Shown here: positions 36,725-49,851 of the stretch, in pieces | Position numbering within the stretch: position 1 is the stretch's first letter | Layout: each line of letters starts with the position of its first letter | Origin: Squalus acanthias | Taxonomy: Eukaryota | Direction: 5' to 3' | DNA length: 64,000 bases | Assembly: GCA_030390025.1 (NCBI GenBank) | Contig: CM059431.1 | Coordinates: 126,544,001 to 126,608,000, forward strand | Notes under the pieces: generated by a model | The model's database searches: none | What the model saw: only the letters and a program-made list of their open reading frames with translations | What the model was told of the DNA's origin: nothing | Made by a program: the position numbers and the translations under genes

Positions 36725-38192
36725 AGTGAGTTTCTGCAGAGGTTCTCCTGTTCATCCACCTTAACTTTGTGAAAGAGACATGGAAACCACAGAAAAACAG
36801 CAGTTTCCTTGCGGTTGCGCTGGTATTTTAGGTGCAATTTGCCCAAAATCGGCCAAACCAGCACAAAGGATCGCAGAAGTTTAAGCGCAAATTATGTTCA
36901 GCGCAAATCGAGTTTCCGTAATCTTTTGCGCTAGTTTAAAAACATCAGACTAGAAGCCGGCCCCGCCCACAAAACTGGCTACGCCCCCAGATCGAATTAA
37001 TCACCATTTAAATTTAAGCTAATTGTGCCCGTTTGCGGGCCTTCGAGGAGGATCTTAAAATTAAGCTGTTTCTATTAGGCGCAAGGACAATAATAGACAC
37101 ATTTTAAAAGCTTTTAAAAAATGTTTTAATTTTCTAAGAAACTGACTACTGTACACCACCTTAACTAGTAAATGATTCTGTATAACTTCCGCTCCATCAC
37201 CAAGGCTGCCTGCTTCCACATCCGTAACATTGCCCAAATCCAACCCTGTCTCAGCTCATCTACTGCAGAAACCCTCATTCCTTGTTACCTCTAAACTTGA
37301 CTATTCCAATGATCTCCTGGCCAGCCTCCAATCTTCCACCCTACATAAACTTGTGCTCATCCAGAACTCTGCTGCCCGTATCTTAGCGCACACCAAGTCC
37401 CGTTCACACATCATCACTCCTGTGCTTGCTGACCGATACTGGCTCCTGGTCTGGCAACACCTCAATTTTAAAATTCTCATCCTTGTTTTCAGATCCCTCC
37501 ATGGCTCCACCCCTCCCTATCTCTGTAAGCTTCTCCAGACATACAAGCCTTCGAGATCTCTGCGCTCCTCCAATTCTGGCATCTTGCATATCCCCAATTT
37601 TAATTGCTCCAGCATTGGCGGCTGTGCTTTCAGCTGCCTTGGCCCTTAGCTCTGGAATTCCCTCCATAAACCTCTCTGCCTTGCTACCTGTCTCTTCTCC
37701 TTTATGATGCTGCTTAAAACCTACTTCTTTGACCAAGCTTTTGGTCATCTGTCCTGATATCTCCTTCTGTGGCTCGGTGTCAATTTTTGCTTAATAACTT
37801 TCTTGTAAAGTACCTTGGGATATTTTACCACATTAAAGGCGCTATATAAATACAAGTTGCTGTTTTTGTATAGTTTTATCAATTCATATTCAGTTATTTA
37901 AAATCGGGTTACTCACAGGTGGTGGACTAGACACTCTGATTAAAAATGATTTTTTTTGGTGATAAACCCATTTTCAGCTGCATTAATAAAACTGCACCAG
38001 GTTACCACTCTTAAATATATCAAGGAATATTTCTGAATGCAAAACTTAAAAAAAATTGTGTTCTAGGTGCAGCCTGATTGCGCTGGTCCATGGGAGATTT
38101 TATGTTCACCAATATGCAAATGGCTTTGAGTGGAAACTTGAGACAAAACAAACACTTCTTGCCGATTGTACCCAAAGCGGAAACACGATGCC
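36725..38192. mobile_element. MITE (copy of 12195-12930) split by an L2 insertion
   Basis: AAATCGGCCAAACCAGC...AAGAAACTGACTACTGTACACCA lies left of 37187 and CAGGTGGTGGACTAGACACTC lies right of 37862; both match 12195-12930. Confidence 0.7.
37187..37862 (+). mobile_element. L2-like LINE 3' fragment
   Basis: SKLDYSN.LL, IQNSAARIL, HIITPVL, FKILILVFRSLHG; tail GCTATATAAATACAAGTTG. Confidence 0.85.
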
Positions 38193-39276
38193 CATAAATG
38201 CTGCTTTTCCAAGGTTTCTGTGGCTCTTCCACCAAAATTATGGCTGACGAGAATGTGAACCCCCATATGAAATTCACCCACAATGTTCCCCCAGACTGTG
38301 TCTGGTCTATTCATATCCCTGTGAACTTTTCTATCAACATTTTTCACATATCTCCCCCAAACTGCATCCAGTACTTTCTGGGCTATTTCTCAGTAAGTTT
38401 AATGCTAGAATAAGCTGTTTCAATGCTTGCATTGGTAAACTTCCTCAGAGCACTGCCCTCAGAGGAAATTCGCAGGCAACCTACAAGATGTCCACGCTGT
38501 TACACAGGAAGCTCTGGCCTGGATATCTGACTTAGATATTGACATTTGATTTGCTTTGCTACTACCATACGAAAGAAGAAGACGGTAAGCTTCCAAGAAC
38601 GCTGCATGTGTTTACCATAGTGATCCAAGCCACCTGACCTTAATCGTTCAGTTCCCGGGCTTCTCATATATTCTGACTCCACAACTAAATATTAGTCTTT
38701 GCATCTTTAGTTGGTACATAAGAACATAAGAAATAGGAGCAGGAGTAGGCCATTCAGCCCCTCGAGCCTGCTCCGCATTCAATAAGATCATGGCTGATCT
38801 TCTACCTCAACTCCACATTCCTGCACTATCCCCATATCCCTCGATTCCCTTAATATCCAAAAATCTATCGATCTCTGTCTTGAATATACTCAATGACTGA
38901 GCCTCCACAGCCCCCTGGGGTAGAGAATTCCAAAGATTCACCACCCACTGAGTGAAGAAATGTCTCCTCATCTCAGTATAAATGGCTGACCCATTATTCT
39001 GAGACTATGGGCTGGATTTTGTCATTGGGGGTGGGCTGGGGGCGTGGCAGGTGGTTTTCGTGTCAGGACCCTGCCTCTGATGTGAAGTGGGACAAAAGTG
39101 CGATTTTGCCCTAATTGGGCACTTGATTTCCAGCGTCTGGGAACCCCGGGCCCAATGAGTCTTTTGATACTGAAACTCGCCTCCGATGACGTTATCTATG
39201 CAGCTGGATTTAAGGCCTGCAAGCAGTCTTGGTTCTTTTTCAGCCTTACAACTTTATTGGGATTCCGACTGCAACT

Positions 39277-41346
39277 ATGTCCAGCACCAGACCAAAGTGT
39301 GCAACCAAATTCGATGAGGCCTCCCTCCAAGCTCTGGTGGAGGGAGCAAGAGCAAATAAGGAAGTGCTCTTTCCTTCCTCAGGGAGGAAAAAGCCTCCCC
39401 AACAGACCAAAGCTGTGTGGCTGCAAGTGGCACAGGAGGTGAATGCGATATCAATGTGCAGCAGAACCTGGCTTCAGTGCAGAAAGAGGTTTCATGACCT
39501 TCTCCGCACAGGAAAAGTGAGTATTCCATCCCCATGACCCTCAATCTGATCCCCATCACCTCTCATCACCAGCACTCTGCTTTGTCAACCTCCTCCTCCA
39601 CATCCCACTTCACCCTAACATCCTTGTACCCTTACCCATTCCCTCTCTCTGTATGTTCACATTCACTTAACTATTCGACTATGCAACCCTCACACTCCCT
39701 ATCACTGTGATGCGATGACAACAACTTACAACACACAGGGAGGGCCCTTGGTCTTGGCACCTCACTCCATCTTTGTGTCCTTCTAAGCATCTATGCTATG
39801 GATTCTCTACACTCACTCCATCATTATCACTCAAACTTCACTTGTGTCCCTCATTGCAGGAAAAGAGAGCCCACAATAAGAGGGAGAGGGCAAGGACAGG
39901 AGGAGGGCCACCCTCAATAGCCCAGCTCACCACTGCAGAGGAGACGGCCCTGGAGATCGTGGGAGTGGAGGAGGATGTGCAAGTGGGGGACGGACAGACG
40001 GGCGCATCAGAGCAAACTGGTGATAGAATAGTTTTTCATCTCTCTCATTGACATGCATGAGTGACTGATATTGATTCTGATGCTCTAACAGATTGACTTA
40101 TGATCATCTGCACAATTCAATGTGCATGCAACGTTTATCTCACATGTCTAACACTTTCCTTCACTCCCCCACAGGACCATCGACAGCCCCCCACCCCACT
40201 GTCCAGGAGGAACAGCCTGAGCACCCAGACTCCTCAGAGGAAGCTGCAACCTCTGAGGGCGCAGCGTCAGCAGAATTCAGCTCACCCAGCACCAGCGCAG
40301 ACACTCACACCTCGGTGGGACCTTCGGGACATAGAGTAGAATTGTCACCTGGTGTATCACAGCTCACAAGTGAGCATCAGCAGATGGTGGAGACAGGGAC
40401 AGCAGTGGAGAGTCCTCGTCGCAGTGGAGAGGACGCTCCCAGCTCGGCTCCGCTGCATGTCGACCCTGTGCCTCCGGGTCCATCCAGAAGGAGAGCGGTG
40501 CTGGAACTCCAGGAACAGGTGCAGGAGTCTCTGGCAGGTTTTGTCTCCAGGGTCGCTGCGAGTGTGGAGCGAATGGAGGAGTCCATCGCGAACATGAGCA
40601 GAGCATTTGTGGAGGCGTTGCCGCATGAACGCATCACCACGGAAAGGATGGCAAACTCTGTGGAAAGGATGGCTAACTCCGTGGTAAGGCTGGCTACCGT
40701 AGAGGAGCGGAGATAATGGCTACAGTAGAGGAGATGATGGCTACAGACCATGGAGGAGCTTAGTCGTCAGGGTCTTGAAAACATGGTCATTGTTCAGAAT
40801 AGAATGACATCTCTTGAGGAGCGATGGTCAGCTATTGAGCAGAGAAACCAGACCTTCATGGAAGTCCTCTGGAGTAGGACTTCCAGTGCAGAAACGGGTC
40901 CTCATGGCCCCCCTCAAGTGCAGCAAGGTGCTGTCAAGCCACTTGCTAGCTCTGAAGTGGGGCTGACCCATGAGAGGGATGTTGGTGGCAGACAACAAGG
41001 AAGTGGGGGCTCCTGTCCAAGCACTCACATGACCATGCCACTGCAGAGCCCTTGGTCAGAGCCCCACCAGAGTCCCCACCCAACTGAGATCGACATTTCA
41101 GCCCCTGCACAGCCGCAGGAGCAGCAGACTATTGCCGAGCCCCCACAGGCTCGCAACCCCAGAGGACGCCCGCCAAAGGTGTCGAGGCAGAAACAGCAAG
41201 AAAGTGAGCAAGGGGCCTCCACATCTGCTGAAGCCACAGGGGAAGCATCATGTAGGAGCACGCGTAAGAGGAAAATGAAGCACAGTAGTCACAAAGGTAG
41301 TCACTTGGGTGTTCTGTTGTGTTTATCTTTGAAATGCCATCCATGA
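39277..41346 (+). pseudogene. Harbinger Myb/SANT-like protein, 3 exons
   Basis: Exon 1 39277-39516 (KFDEASLQALV...WLQVAQEV...RTWLQCRKRFHDL). Exon 2 39860-40019 (EKRAHNKRERARTGGGPP). Exon 3 from 40175. Splice phases are compatible. Stops near 40714-40740. Confidence 0.8.
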
Positions 41347-41546
41347 ATTGTTGTGATAAAAAAATTTGATGGCAAACTGTTGAAGTTGTGGCCTGTGTCA
41401 TTTTGCAAATGGGACTTTCATATTGAGGGCTTAGGGTGACTTGCAATTGTCAGTATGGTGGTCAGAGTGATAGGAATCGGCAGGTTCTTGGTCATTGTCG
41501 ATGCTCTGGTAAGAAGATGCGAGGCAAAAGTGTTTGATTGGGCACG

Positions 41547-42754
41547 CTAAGCAAATCTGGCCAAGATGAGTGTGTCCCTTGCATCTTGGGCAGCCGCTGG
41601 TTGATGCGCCTCCGCAAGCTGTTCATTGTCGCTCTCCTCCTCCTCCTCCTTCTCATCTGAGGAGCCTATGCAATGAGCCACTTGTACCTCAGGCAGCTGC
41701 AAGCCACGATGCTGTGCCATGTTGTTAAGTGCACAGCAGATCACGACGATTCCGGAGACCCTGGCTGCTGAGTACTGCAGGGCTCCACCTGATCTATCAA
41801 GGAATCTGAATCGTATCTTCAGCAAGCCGATGGTTTGCTCAATTATGGATCTGGTGGAAATGTGGCTTGAGTTGTAGCACTCCTCAATTTCATTGGATGG
41901 GCTCCTCAATGGCGTCATTAGTCACGTCTTCAGGGGATAGCCCTTGTCTCCAAGTAGCCATCCGAAAAGTTGTTCTGGCGGACTGAAGAGTGGAGGCACA
42001 CTAGACTGGCACAGGATGAAGGAGTCATGGCAACTGCCAGGGTACTTGGTGCAAACATGCAGAATTTCCTTCTTGTGGTTACACACCAGCTGCACGTTGA
42101 GGGAATGGAAGCCTTTGCGGTTGACAAAAATACCTGGATTGTGATGGGGTGCCTTAAGGGCCACATGTGTGCAGCCCTGCACCCTTGGAAAGCCTGCCAG
42201 ATTAGCAAATCCAACCGCACACGCGGTTACACTTGCTTGATCCTTGGTGAAATGGATGTGATTGTGCGCGATGGCAAAGAGGGCATCGGTTACCTGCGTG
42301 ATGCAAGTGTATGCGGCCGCCTGGGAGAAGCCATCTGCTGTTGATCCCTGGAATGAGCCTGAAGCAAAAAAGTTGAGTGCGGTGGTGACTTTGACGGCCA
42401 CTGGTAAGGGGTGTCCACCCGCTCCTCTGGGCTCCAGGTCTTGCTGCAGCATTGCGCAGATATCACCCACTACCTCTCGCGAAAGTCGGAGCCTCCTTTG
42501 GCACTGCTGCTCAGTCATGTTGAAGTGGCTCATCCTCTGTCTGTAAACCCTGTTTTTTGGGTATCTCCTGCGGCGACGTGCTTCCATGCGCTGGCACCTT
42601 CTGGCCTGTGCAGCTTCAGGTGGGTGAGCAGCAGCTTGGTGCTCCTGTTGTTGCTCCTGCTGTTGGTGCTGCTGTTGTTCAGGGTTCTGCTGCTGCCGCG
42701 GCTGGTCTTTGTCCGAATCTGAGGTCAGGAGGAAAGGAAATAAATGGTACCCAT
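41547..42754 (-). pseudogene. HARBI1-like DDE transposase
   Basis: [59 protein letters not shown] replaces a conserved Trp at 41922-41924, and the xID codons before CTHV are deleted. Confidence 0.9.
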
Positions 42755-43935
42755 TCTTCTGGTATATGCCTCAGTTGAGAAGCGCTCAGTCAAGGTGGGG
42801 AGAGGGGTTTCCCAGGAGGTCACACTGGAGATGGGTCTCAGGCTCCAAACTTCCACAACAATGAGTAGGCCTGCTAAAAATTCTCCCAGACCTAAGAAAA
42901 CAAAGTTCTGCCACCTGCAAATGATGTTTGCTGAAAACTCCTTTTTATTGGTGGAGCTGCAGCTGTTAGTAAGCAGTCCACTTGTGAGGCCGCCAGGATT
43001 AACTGGCGTGTTCCAGAGGAGACGTGCAGCACGGGGGAAATGTGTTAAATTCAGAAAGGCCTCTCAAAATGGGATTATAGAGGACCTTAACTGGTTGTTA
43101 AGGGACTTAAGGGCCTATCCCGCCTCTTCGAGGCGGGATGGAAACGGGGTCTGAAACCCCGATTTTGGGAAAATTGCTCAGAGGCGGGCTGGAGGTGGGT
43201 TTGGATCCACCCGCCATTTTTTTGCAATTTTAACACCTCACACGCCTCTAAACCCGCCTCCTCGGACCTGGCAAAATTGAGCCCTGTGACTCTAGTTCTA
43301 GACTCTCCAGACAGGGGAAACATCCTCCCTGCATCTACCCTGTCAAGCCCTGTAAGAATTTTGTATGTTTCAATGAAATCACCTTTTATTCTTCTAAACT
43401 GCAGAGAATATAAGCCTAGTCTACTCAATCTCTCCTCATAAAATAATCCCCCCATCCCAGTAATCAGTCTGGTGAACCTTTGTTGCACACCCTCTATGGC
43501 AAGTATATCCTTCCTTAGGTAAGGAGACCAAAACTGTACACAATACGCCAGGTGTCGTCTCACTAGGGCCCTATATAATTGCAGTAAGACGTCTTTACTC
43601 CTATACTCAAATCCTCTTGTAATAAAGGCCAACAAACCATTTGCTTTCTTAATTGCTTGCTGTACCTACATATTAACTTTCAGTGATTCGTATACAAGGA
43701 CACCCAGATCTCTCTGAACACCAACATTTCCAAATCTCTCACCATTTAAAAAATACTCTGCTTTTCTATTTTTCCTACCAAAGTGGATAACTTCACATTT
43801 CTCCACATTATATTCCATTTGCCATGTTCTTGCCCACTCACTTAGCCTGTCTATATCCCCTTGAAGCTGCTTTGCATCCTCCTCACAACTTACATTCCCA
43901 CCCAGCTTTGTGCCATCAGCAAAATTCGATATAAT

Positions 43936-44624
43936 GGCCCGAAAATTAGACCTAATACGCGAGAGTACGCACTGTGAATTCAAAAGGGGGCGGTTCCTAA
44001 GTGAACCGCGTGCGCGCTACAGGCTGCGCGCACGCAGTGCACTTAGTTATTTTTGCAGCTTTGAACGCGCAGGTAAGCAAGGAAGATTTTACACATGGAG
44101 AAAGGAGGCGTAAGACCCTCTTTTAACAAGGTAAGTAGTTAATTAAGTATTATTTAAAAAAAATGTCAACAGGTTTATCTTTTTTAGAGAATTTAAAGAA
44201 AGGTAAGTTTATTTTTATAACTTTTAAAAAGATTTTAAATTTTTTCAAAAATTAAATTTTTTGTTTAAAGTGGTTAATTTATTTAACTATACTTATTTTA
44301 TTAATGTGATGGCTTTTTTTTAAATTTAATTGAGGTTTAGCTGTTCTTTTGGGGGTGTGTAGGATTCATAGCTTTGACAGCTCTTGCTGTAAAAACTATG
44401 AATGAAAGATGGTGTGCTGCCATTGGCTCTAACAGAATCACGTGATCCCAGAGCTCGCACGAACTAATTGCGTCTCTGGGTCACGCAAGCACTGCACAGC
44501 TGCATGTGGGACTGGCCTTGAAACTAAAGTTCGTGTGGGCCTGGAGGAAAAAGGTAGGTGCGGAGTGAGATATCGCGGGGAAGCCTTACCCCCGCGGGAA
44601 CACTCACTGTTTAATTTCTGGGCC
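43936..44624. mobile_element. Harbinger-type MITE with AT-rich core
   Basis: TIRs GGCCCGAAAATTA / TAATTTCTGGGCC; flanks AAT/ATT; interrupts the CR1 RT. Confidence 0.7.
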
Positions 44625-45211
44625 ATTACATTTTGTTCCCTGATCCAAATCATTGATATAGATTGTGAATAGCTGAGGCCCAAACACTGATCCTTGTGGT
44701 ACCCCGCTAGTTACAGTCTGCCAACCCGTAAATGACCCGTTTATTCCTACTCTCTGTTTTTCTGTCCGTTAACCAATCCTCAATCCATGTTAGTATATTA
44801 CCCCCAATCCCATGAGCCCTAATTTTGTTGAATAGCCTCTTGTGTGGCACCTTATCGAATGCCTTCTGAAAATCCAAATACACCACATCCACTGGTTCCC
44901 CCTTATCTATTCTGCTAGTTACAATCTCAAAAAACTCTCACAGATTTGTCAAACATATGTGTACAATACATATCGTCATGTCAATCAAGCTCTGCGAAAT
45001 ATTACTTATACATTTTCTGTAAATGTTTACATTCCAAAGCATCTTACATGAGTAGTTCATTTCTTCAAATAATTCGAAGAGTTAATTCCATTATATCTTC
45101 CTAACTAATTAAAACTAGACCAATGCAACTCATGTAACTCACTGTTCTGAATCTCTGAAGAAAATTGTAGTCAGTTGCTGCCAGCTTGATTTATTTTCCT
45201 TGTTTCTGAAT

Positions 45212-45353
45212 AAGAACATAAGATCATAAAAACTAGGAGCAGGAGTAGGCCATACAGCCCTTCGAGCCTGCTCCGCCATTCGATAAGATCATGGCTGATC
45301 TTCGACCTCAACTCCACTTTTCCGCCCTATCCCCATATCGCTTTATTCTCTTA
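45212..45353 (-). mobile_element. CR1 3' tail fragment
   Basis: Same tail as 29969, 38717 and 47524. Confidence 0.75.
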
Positions 45354-47523
45354 GGCCGCGATTTTGCCGGCGCACAGAGGGCGGGATTGGAGGCGGGTCA
45401 GAGGTTAAATTCGCAATGATTGCCGGCTGGTTCTAAACCCGCTGTGATCCCGCCTCCACGCAACTTTCCCGAGTGTCGGGTCTCCGATTTGCAATCGGAC
45501 CCGACACCAAGTGGCGGGAAAGGGATTAAAGGCAATTAACTGCCTATTAAGTGGTAGTTTAGAGCTATTTTCACAGGGTTTTGGGATTTTCCAGCTTCTT
45601 GGTCGGGTTTCACGACATTCTGACAACACGCCAGGTAAGTGTGGCGTGAACACCAGCGAGCTGGAGACTTCACAGCTGCAACTGCAGTGTAAAAGCTGCA
45701 CTCTCAAATCGGGTCATTTAGAAATCTGTGAGGTTGGTGATTGAATAATTTGGGGGCATTTTCTGTGTTTAGGCTGCAAGTATGTATTGTGCACTATAGA
45801 TCCACTGTAACCTGCATTGCTGGATTTTAAAGGCTCACTTACCCTAAACTGTGCCACCTCAAATTGTCAGCACACATATGTCAATGATGCGAAACCTTCA
45901 TTCTACATAAATTTATTACAATCTTGGCAAAGAACAGAAACTTTACAAATAAATCTATCATAACACCCAAGTGAGAACCCTTGTGATTATTAATGTGATA
46001 TTTTCCTCTTACGAGTGCTTCTACGTTGTGAGACCCCTGTGACTTCAGCAGATATGGAGGCAGCCTGCTGACTTCCCTGCTGCTCCTGCTTAGACGCCTT
46101 TGGCGGCCTTCCTTTGGTTTTGGGAGCCTTGGAGGGCCCCGCCAAAGTCTGCTCCTCCTGCGGCTGTGCAGGGGCAGACTCGGCCATCTCTGTTGGCTCA
46201 GGCAGATGGGGCTCTGACCGAGGGCTCAACAGTGGCAAGGGAGTGTGAGCACTTGGAGAGGAGCCCCCACTTCCTTGTGCTCGAACACCACCGTCCCTCT
46301 CATCAGTCAACTGCACTTCACTGCTAGCAAGTTGCTGGAGAGCACCTTGCTGCACATCGGTGGGGCAATGTGGACCCATCTCTGTACTGACAGTCCTCAT
46401 AACCAGGACGTCCATGTACCTTCTGGTTCCTCTCCACAATAGATGGCCTTCTATCCTCCATAGCTGCCCATCTATCTAGAAGAGCCACCATGTTGGCTTG
46501 TGTCTGGCGAGCTAGGTCCTCCATGGAGGTTGCCATCTTTCTATGACGGCACCTAGATTACCCATAGCGTTCACCACCGGCATTGCTAATGGTTAAGATG
46601 GACTGCTGCATTCTCTGCACACTCAGCAGTTACCGTGGAAGCAAACCCACTCAGAGCCTCCTGCACTTGTTCCTGAAGCTCCAGCACCGCTCTCTTTCTG
46701 GATGGCCCAGAGGCTCAGCGTTTACATGCAGCTGAGCAGAGCTGGGAGAGCCCAGCGTCCTCCGACGAGGACTCTCCACTGCTGTACCTGTCTCCAACAT
46801 CTGCTCCTGCTCACTTGCGAGCTGTGATTCACCAGGTGACAACTACTCTATCTCGCAAACTACCCACCGAGGTGTGCGTCTCTGCGCTGGTGCTGGGTGC
46901 GCTGAATGCTGGTGATGCTGCTCCCTCAGAGGTTGGTGGTTCCTCTGAGGAATGCTCCTACTCTTCCTCCGTCGACATTGGGGAGCGGGGCTCTCGATGG
47001 TCCTGTGGGGGAGTAAAAGCATGAGTTAGACAAGTGAAATGTATATTGCAGACACATCCCATTGTGCAGATGCTTAGCACTCAATCTCTATGAACATCAT
47101 CTCCCATATTAGTCACTCATGAATGCTAAATCAGAGGGTTGGAAATCAATTCTGTCACCAGCTTGCTGTTCTACGCCCGTCTCTCTGTCCCTCACTTCCA
47201 GCTCCTCCGACGATCTCAAGGGCTGCCTCCTCAGCGCTCGTTAGGTGCGCCAGGGATGGTGTGCCTCCTCCTGTCCTCCCCCTCTCCCTTTTATTGTGGG
47301 CTCTCTTCTCCTGTAATGAGGGACACAAGTGGAGTTTGAGAGAGATTGATGAAGAGAGTGTAAAGAATGGATGACATAGATTTTTAGAGGGAGACTATGA
47401 AGGAGTGAGGTGCACAAACCAAGTTCCCTCCCTGTGTTGGCATTGCATAAGAGTGTGAGTGGTGCATAGTAAGATGATTCTGTACAGAGAAAGAGAGGGA
47501 TGGGTGAGGGTGCAAGGGATGTT
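45354..47523 (-). mobile_element. Partial Harbinger derivative: one terminus plus Myb exons 2-3, transposase absent
   Basis: The end GGCCGCGATTTTG is homologous to the right end of H2. Exon 2 47310-47159 (EKRAHNKRERGRTGGG). Exon 3 from 47002 to about 45990 (RRSTRKRK). Confidence 0.75.
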
Positions 47524-47920
47524 AAGAACATCAGAAATAAGAGCAGGAGTAGGCCATACGGCCCCTTGAGCCTGCTCCACCATTCAATAAAATCATGGCT
47601 GATCATTGACCTCAACTCCACTTTCCCGCCCATCTCCATATCCCTTGATTCCCCTAGAGTCCAAAAATCTATCTATCTCAGCCTTGAATATACTCAAAGA
47701 CTCAATACGCACAGCCCTCTGGGGTAGAGAATTCCAAAGATTCACAACCCTCTGAGTGAAGAAATTCCTCCTCATCTCAGCCTTAAATGGCCGACCCCTT
47801 ATCCTGAGACTATGCCCCCTAGTTCTAGACACTCCAGCCAGGGGAAACAACCTCTCAGCAGCTACCCTGTCAATCCCCTGAGAATCTTGTATGTTTCAAT
47901 GGGATCATCTCTCATTCTTC
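47524..47920 (-). mobile_element. CR1 3' fragment
   Basis: FPLAGVSRTRGHSLRIRG...FFTQRVVNLWNSLP plus tail. Confidence 0.88.
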
Positions 47921-48238
47921 ACCTTTTGGATGAGATATTAAACTGGGGCCCCATCTGCCCTCTCAGGTGGGTATAAAAGATTCCATGACACTATTCGAAG
48001 AAAAGCAAGTGCATTTTATCAGTGTCCTGGCGAACATTTATCCCTCAAACAGCATCACCAAAAATATATTATCTGGTCATTTATCTCATTGCTGTTTGTG
48101 GGTTCTTGCTGTGCACCATTTGGCTGCTGCATTTTCCTACATTAAAGCACATACTACACTTAAAAAGTACTTTACTGGCTGTAAAACACTTTGGGACGTC
48201 CTGAGCACTATATACATGCAAATGTTTTCTTTCTTTCT
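47921..48238 (+). mobile_element. Deu-domain SINE body (head missing)
   Basis: GGATGAGA..TTAAAC...GTGTCCTGGC..ACATTTATCCCTCAA...CATTGCTGTTTGTGGG..CTTGCTGTGC; homologous to 27673-27965. Confidence 0.7.
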
Positions 48239-49851
48239 TATCACTGACCTCAATTTTGCTCCCCTGCCCTTGCCAGGAAGGCTGCTTCTTTACCCTCACC
48301 ACTCACCACATATAAATGTCAGCGGGCAGATGGCCCTCAGATTTCCAGTTAATTTTTCTTCTTACCACTGCTGTTTCTGCTAACCCCAGGGACTACCAGG
48401 AGAAAGGTAGTGGTAGGCCCTAGAGCAGCAACGGTTAATCAGTGGAGAAAGAGGACCTACTAGTGATCTCCTCTCTCTGAAGAAGGCTTTGATCCTGTCC
48501 GAGGAGTCCAGTAAAAAAGTTCCCAACATGTTTGGGGTGCTTCTTCCCCCTATAAGGCATCCCCTGCTTCTTTGCGTGCTGCAGCAGATCTCTCATTGCA
48601 GCATAGTCTTATTTCACTTGCTCTGCAGTGGCAGGTGGTGGAGACCCTGTCAGGAGCCTACTCTGCATAAATAATCAGCTCTGACCCAGGAAATTGGATC
48701 AGGTTTACAGCAGGTTCAGTTCAGTGGGCAAAAGTCGTGCCCTGCCACAGTACCATCAAGATGAAGGAAATCAGTCCAGGATTTCTGTTCATTTATTGCT
48801 TCCAGTGTATTTCTGGAGAGGGATTTGATGGGCACAGGAAAATCTCACCTGATACAGGTGGGACCTTCATTTCAATATGCTAATGCTGTCCTGATGTCAC
48901 CATTTAGACATGCATGTATTTCCTACGCTTGTGCATATACTTACATTGATTCACCTACATTTCATAAAAAGGCACCAGGGTACTGTCAATAAGCAGCGTA
49001 TGAGAAGCCTGTAAGAAGATACTTTGTACAATTTTCAGTCCATTTCTCATGCATTTCTCTTGCTTTTTTATGCTGCTGTCATTTAAATGGTCAAGAGCAT
49101 TACACTGTGGCACAACTACAATAATACCACAATAGGTTTTCCCCATGGGAATCCTCCTATGTCTGTGTGTTTTGGAGGATAGAGAATAGAACCATTGGAG
49201 GTATTCAATGTAGAGAGCCTACATTTTCAGACCAGGTCACACATACCTGCAACTATCAGAGGAGCATTGCTTGTGCAGGCTGCTGTGCAAAATGGAAACT
49301 GTGGCTGGAATTTTCCCGCTGCTGCGCATGCTGGTTTGTGGGCGGGTCAGCAGTAAAAATCGGCAAAATTGCCAGCGTGTCGGAAACCCGCCGTCATCCC
49401 GTCGACTTCCGCATTTAACTCCGATGCGTTTCCCAGCGTGCCACAGACCCGGTCGGCAAAGGCGGGCGACCTCATTGAAGTAATTAACTGCTTGTTGAGA
49501 GACCCTTAAGAGGGTTTTTAACACCAGCTTTTGGCTTTAACTTCAGGAGCACGGGATTCACACACCTCAGGAACCTCGCCTGTGAAGGGGAGGCGGAAGC
49601 TCAGTGGCCATTGTGCGAGTCCATTAACTGTGAGCTGGCAAAAACACATAAATACTCCCACATTACACTTGATTACTTGGCTAATGGAAAGGCTCTTGCT
49701 GACTCCATTTTGTGCAGAGATTTAGCTGTCAGCAGTTTGCAGGTCATTTCTGCAACCTCGGAAGTCACTCTCACCACATTGCTCGTCACTATCACAACAT
49801 TGAGGGATTGGGCCTCTGATCTCCACTTCACCTACCATATATTACATCAGC

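Larger units (their letters stand above)
39009..43284. mobile_element. Full-length PIF/Harbinger transposon (decayed), element H2
   Basis: TIRs GGGCTGGATTTTG / CAAAATTGAGCCC, flanks TAT/TGT, inserted in a CR1; convergent Myb and transposase genes. Confidence 0.9.
38717..44954 (-). mobile_element. CR1 LINE (RT to 3' tail) interrupted by Harbinger H2 and a MITE
   Basis: Pieces 38717-39008, 43285-43935 and 44625-44954 join into a continuous CR1 RT/3' end (YLDFQKAFD, FADGTK, YCVQFWSPY). Confidence 0.85.

Noticed and set aside
38440..38700. Short ORF or exon candidate (38500-38682)
   Set aside because: No recognisable homology and no consistent acceptor-donor pair.
41547..42754. Domesticated host genes HARBI1 / NAIF1 / MSANTD
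   Set aside because: Multiple divergent copies lie within TIRs and carry stops, frameshifts and a deleted catalytic Asp, so these are transposon relics.
43087..43635. 182-aa ORF as a novel fusion protein
   Set aside because: It is a CR1 RT C-terminus reading into the terminus of the inserted Harbinger.
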